DNA of 64,000 nucleotides from Minisyncoccota bacterium (GTDB lineage Bacteria; Patescibacteriota; Minisyncoccia; Phycocordibacterales; Phycocordibacteraceae): NCBI GenBank assembly GCA_035548315.1, contig DASZTF010000010.1, positions 1,721 to 65,720 of the forward strand, read 5' to 3'. Shown piece by piece: positions 63,547 to 64,000 of this stretch (position 1 is its first letter; each line of letters starts with the position of its first letter). The notes under the pieces were generated by a model. It saw only the letters and a program-made list of their open reading frames with translations, ran no database searches and was not told where the DNA came from. The position numbers and the translations under genes were made by a program.

Positions 63547-64000
63547 CTAGTCCACGTGGTGCTTCTCCAGTATTTTCCGTACCTCCTCCCCTTCCTCAGC
63601 GGCAGCGCGCTTCTTCCCAGACTCCCCTAGTTCGCGCAGTTCTGCGTCCGTAAGGGCGAGCAGTTCACCTGTCCTGCGGTCCAGATACTCCACAGTATTG
63701 AGATCAGGGTTCTCAAGGACATCTTCGAGGAGGGCCGCAAGCGTCCACCCTATCCTGGGGCCTGGTTGCACATGAAACTCAGTCATAAGACGATTCCCGT
63801 CGGTCTTGAGCATGGCCACAGATATCGGGTCGCGGAGGGCCTGCTCCACCATGGCCTTGTATTTGCGGAACCTGAATGGCTGCTCTTTGGGGCGACCGGT
63901 GCCGATCCGGTCGCAGATACGCAAGTTCAAAAGGTCCCAGATGTTCTCCTTCCCTACGTTCGTGATGGTGCGGCGGACTGCGGAGAGGGTCACCTGGTCG
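63547..64000 (-). CDS. C-terminal part of a CCA-adding enzyme / poly(A) polymerase family protein (gene continues beyond window)
   Basis: ORF open to the window end; stop at 63547; tail resembles the RNA-binding C-terminal region of tRNA nucleotidyltransferases; tentative. Confidence 0.35.
   Translation of the reverse strand, partial: DQVTLSAVRRTITNVGKENIWDLLNLRICDRIGTGRPKEQPFRFRKYKAMVEQALRDPISVAMLKTDGNRLMTEFHVQPGPRIGWTLAALLEDVLENPDLNTVEYLDRRTGELLALTDAELRELGESGKKRAAAEEGEEVRKILEKHHVD

Noticed and set aside
1-64000. CRISPR arrays, rRNA genes, IS elements with terminal inverted repeats
   Set aside because: No regularly spaced direct repeats, no rRNA-like conserved stretches and no transposase ORFs were seen. 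The only mobile-element signature is the serine-recombinase island.

Overview
High-GC (~60-65%) bacterial chromosomal window read by eye from the sequence and the six-frame ORF track. Gene content and style (many small or hypothetical membrane and secreted proteins, pilMNO, a T4SS-like operon, polA without an obvious proofreading domain) suggest a small-genome Patescibacteria/CPR-like organism; this is inference, since no rRNA gene is present to confirm it. Housekeeping genes recognised: rplS, rluA-family, tRNA-Val/Leu/Arg/Ser/Arg/Arg/Lys, rpsT, ruvA, Mur ligase, tadA-like deaminase, holA, polA, tsaE, pilB/gspE, ruvB, yebC, ruvC, PBP1A, dnaN, dnaA, rpmH, rnpA, yidC, rsmA, uvrD, LysM-M23 peptidase, comM, dksA-like, xth, a SAM methyltransferase and a TrmB-like regulator. 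The dnaA-dnaN / rpmH-rnpA-yidC arrangement and an AT-rich spacer with DnaA-box-like motifs mark the replication-origin region at about 33.7-35.4 kb. Three things stand out. (1) A ~7.4 kb low-GC (~50%) island at ~1.8-9.2 kb ends in a large serine recombinase whose last codons overlap the 3' end of tRNA-Val. It carries an XRE repressor plus a tightly coupled three-gene operon: unknown 385-aa protein, NurA-like nuclease, HerA-like DEAH ATPase. I read this as a candidate mobile-element-borne defence/DNA-processing module. (2) A ~13 kb co-directional operon at 36.5-49.8 kb encodes a T4SS-like apparatus: a VirB4 ATPase split by a single in-frame TAA, VirB3-like and VirB6-like proteins, and pilin-like and large Cys-rich secreted proteins. 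No coupling protein or relaxase is present. (3) A single low-GC 190-aa gene sits between dnaN and PBP1A and overlaps the dnaN stop as ATGA. Smaller observations: a tRNA-Arg whose anticodon reads GCG, a repeated hairpin-containing leader element, a candidate 34-aa acidic micro-ORF, and a shared 13-mer in two promoters. No CRISPR array and no rRNA gene were seen. All domain calls rest on motif recognition by eye and should be confirmed by HMM or BLAST searches.
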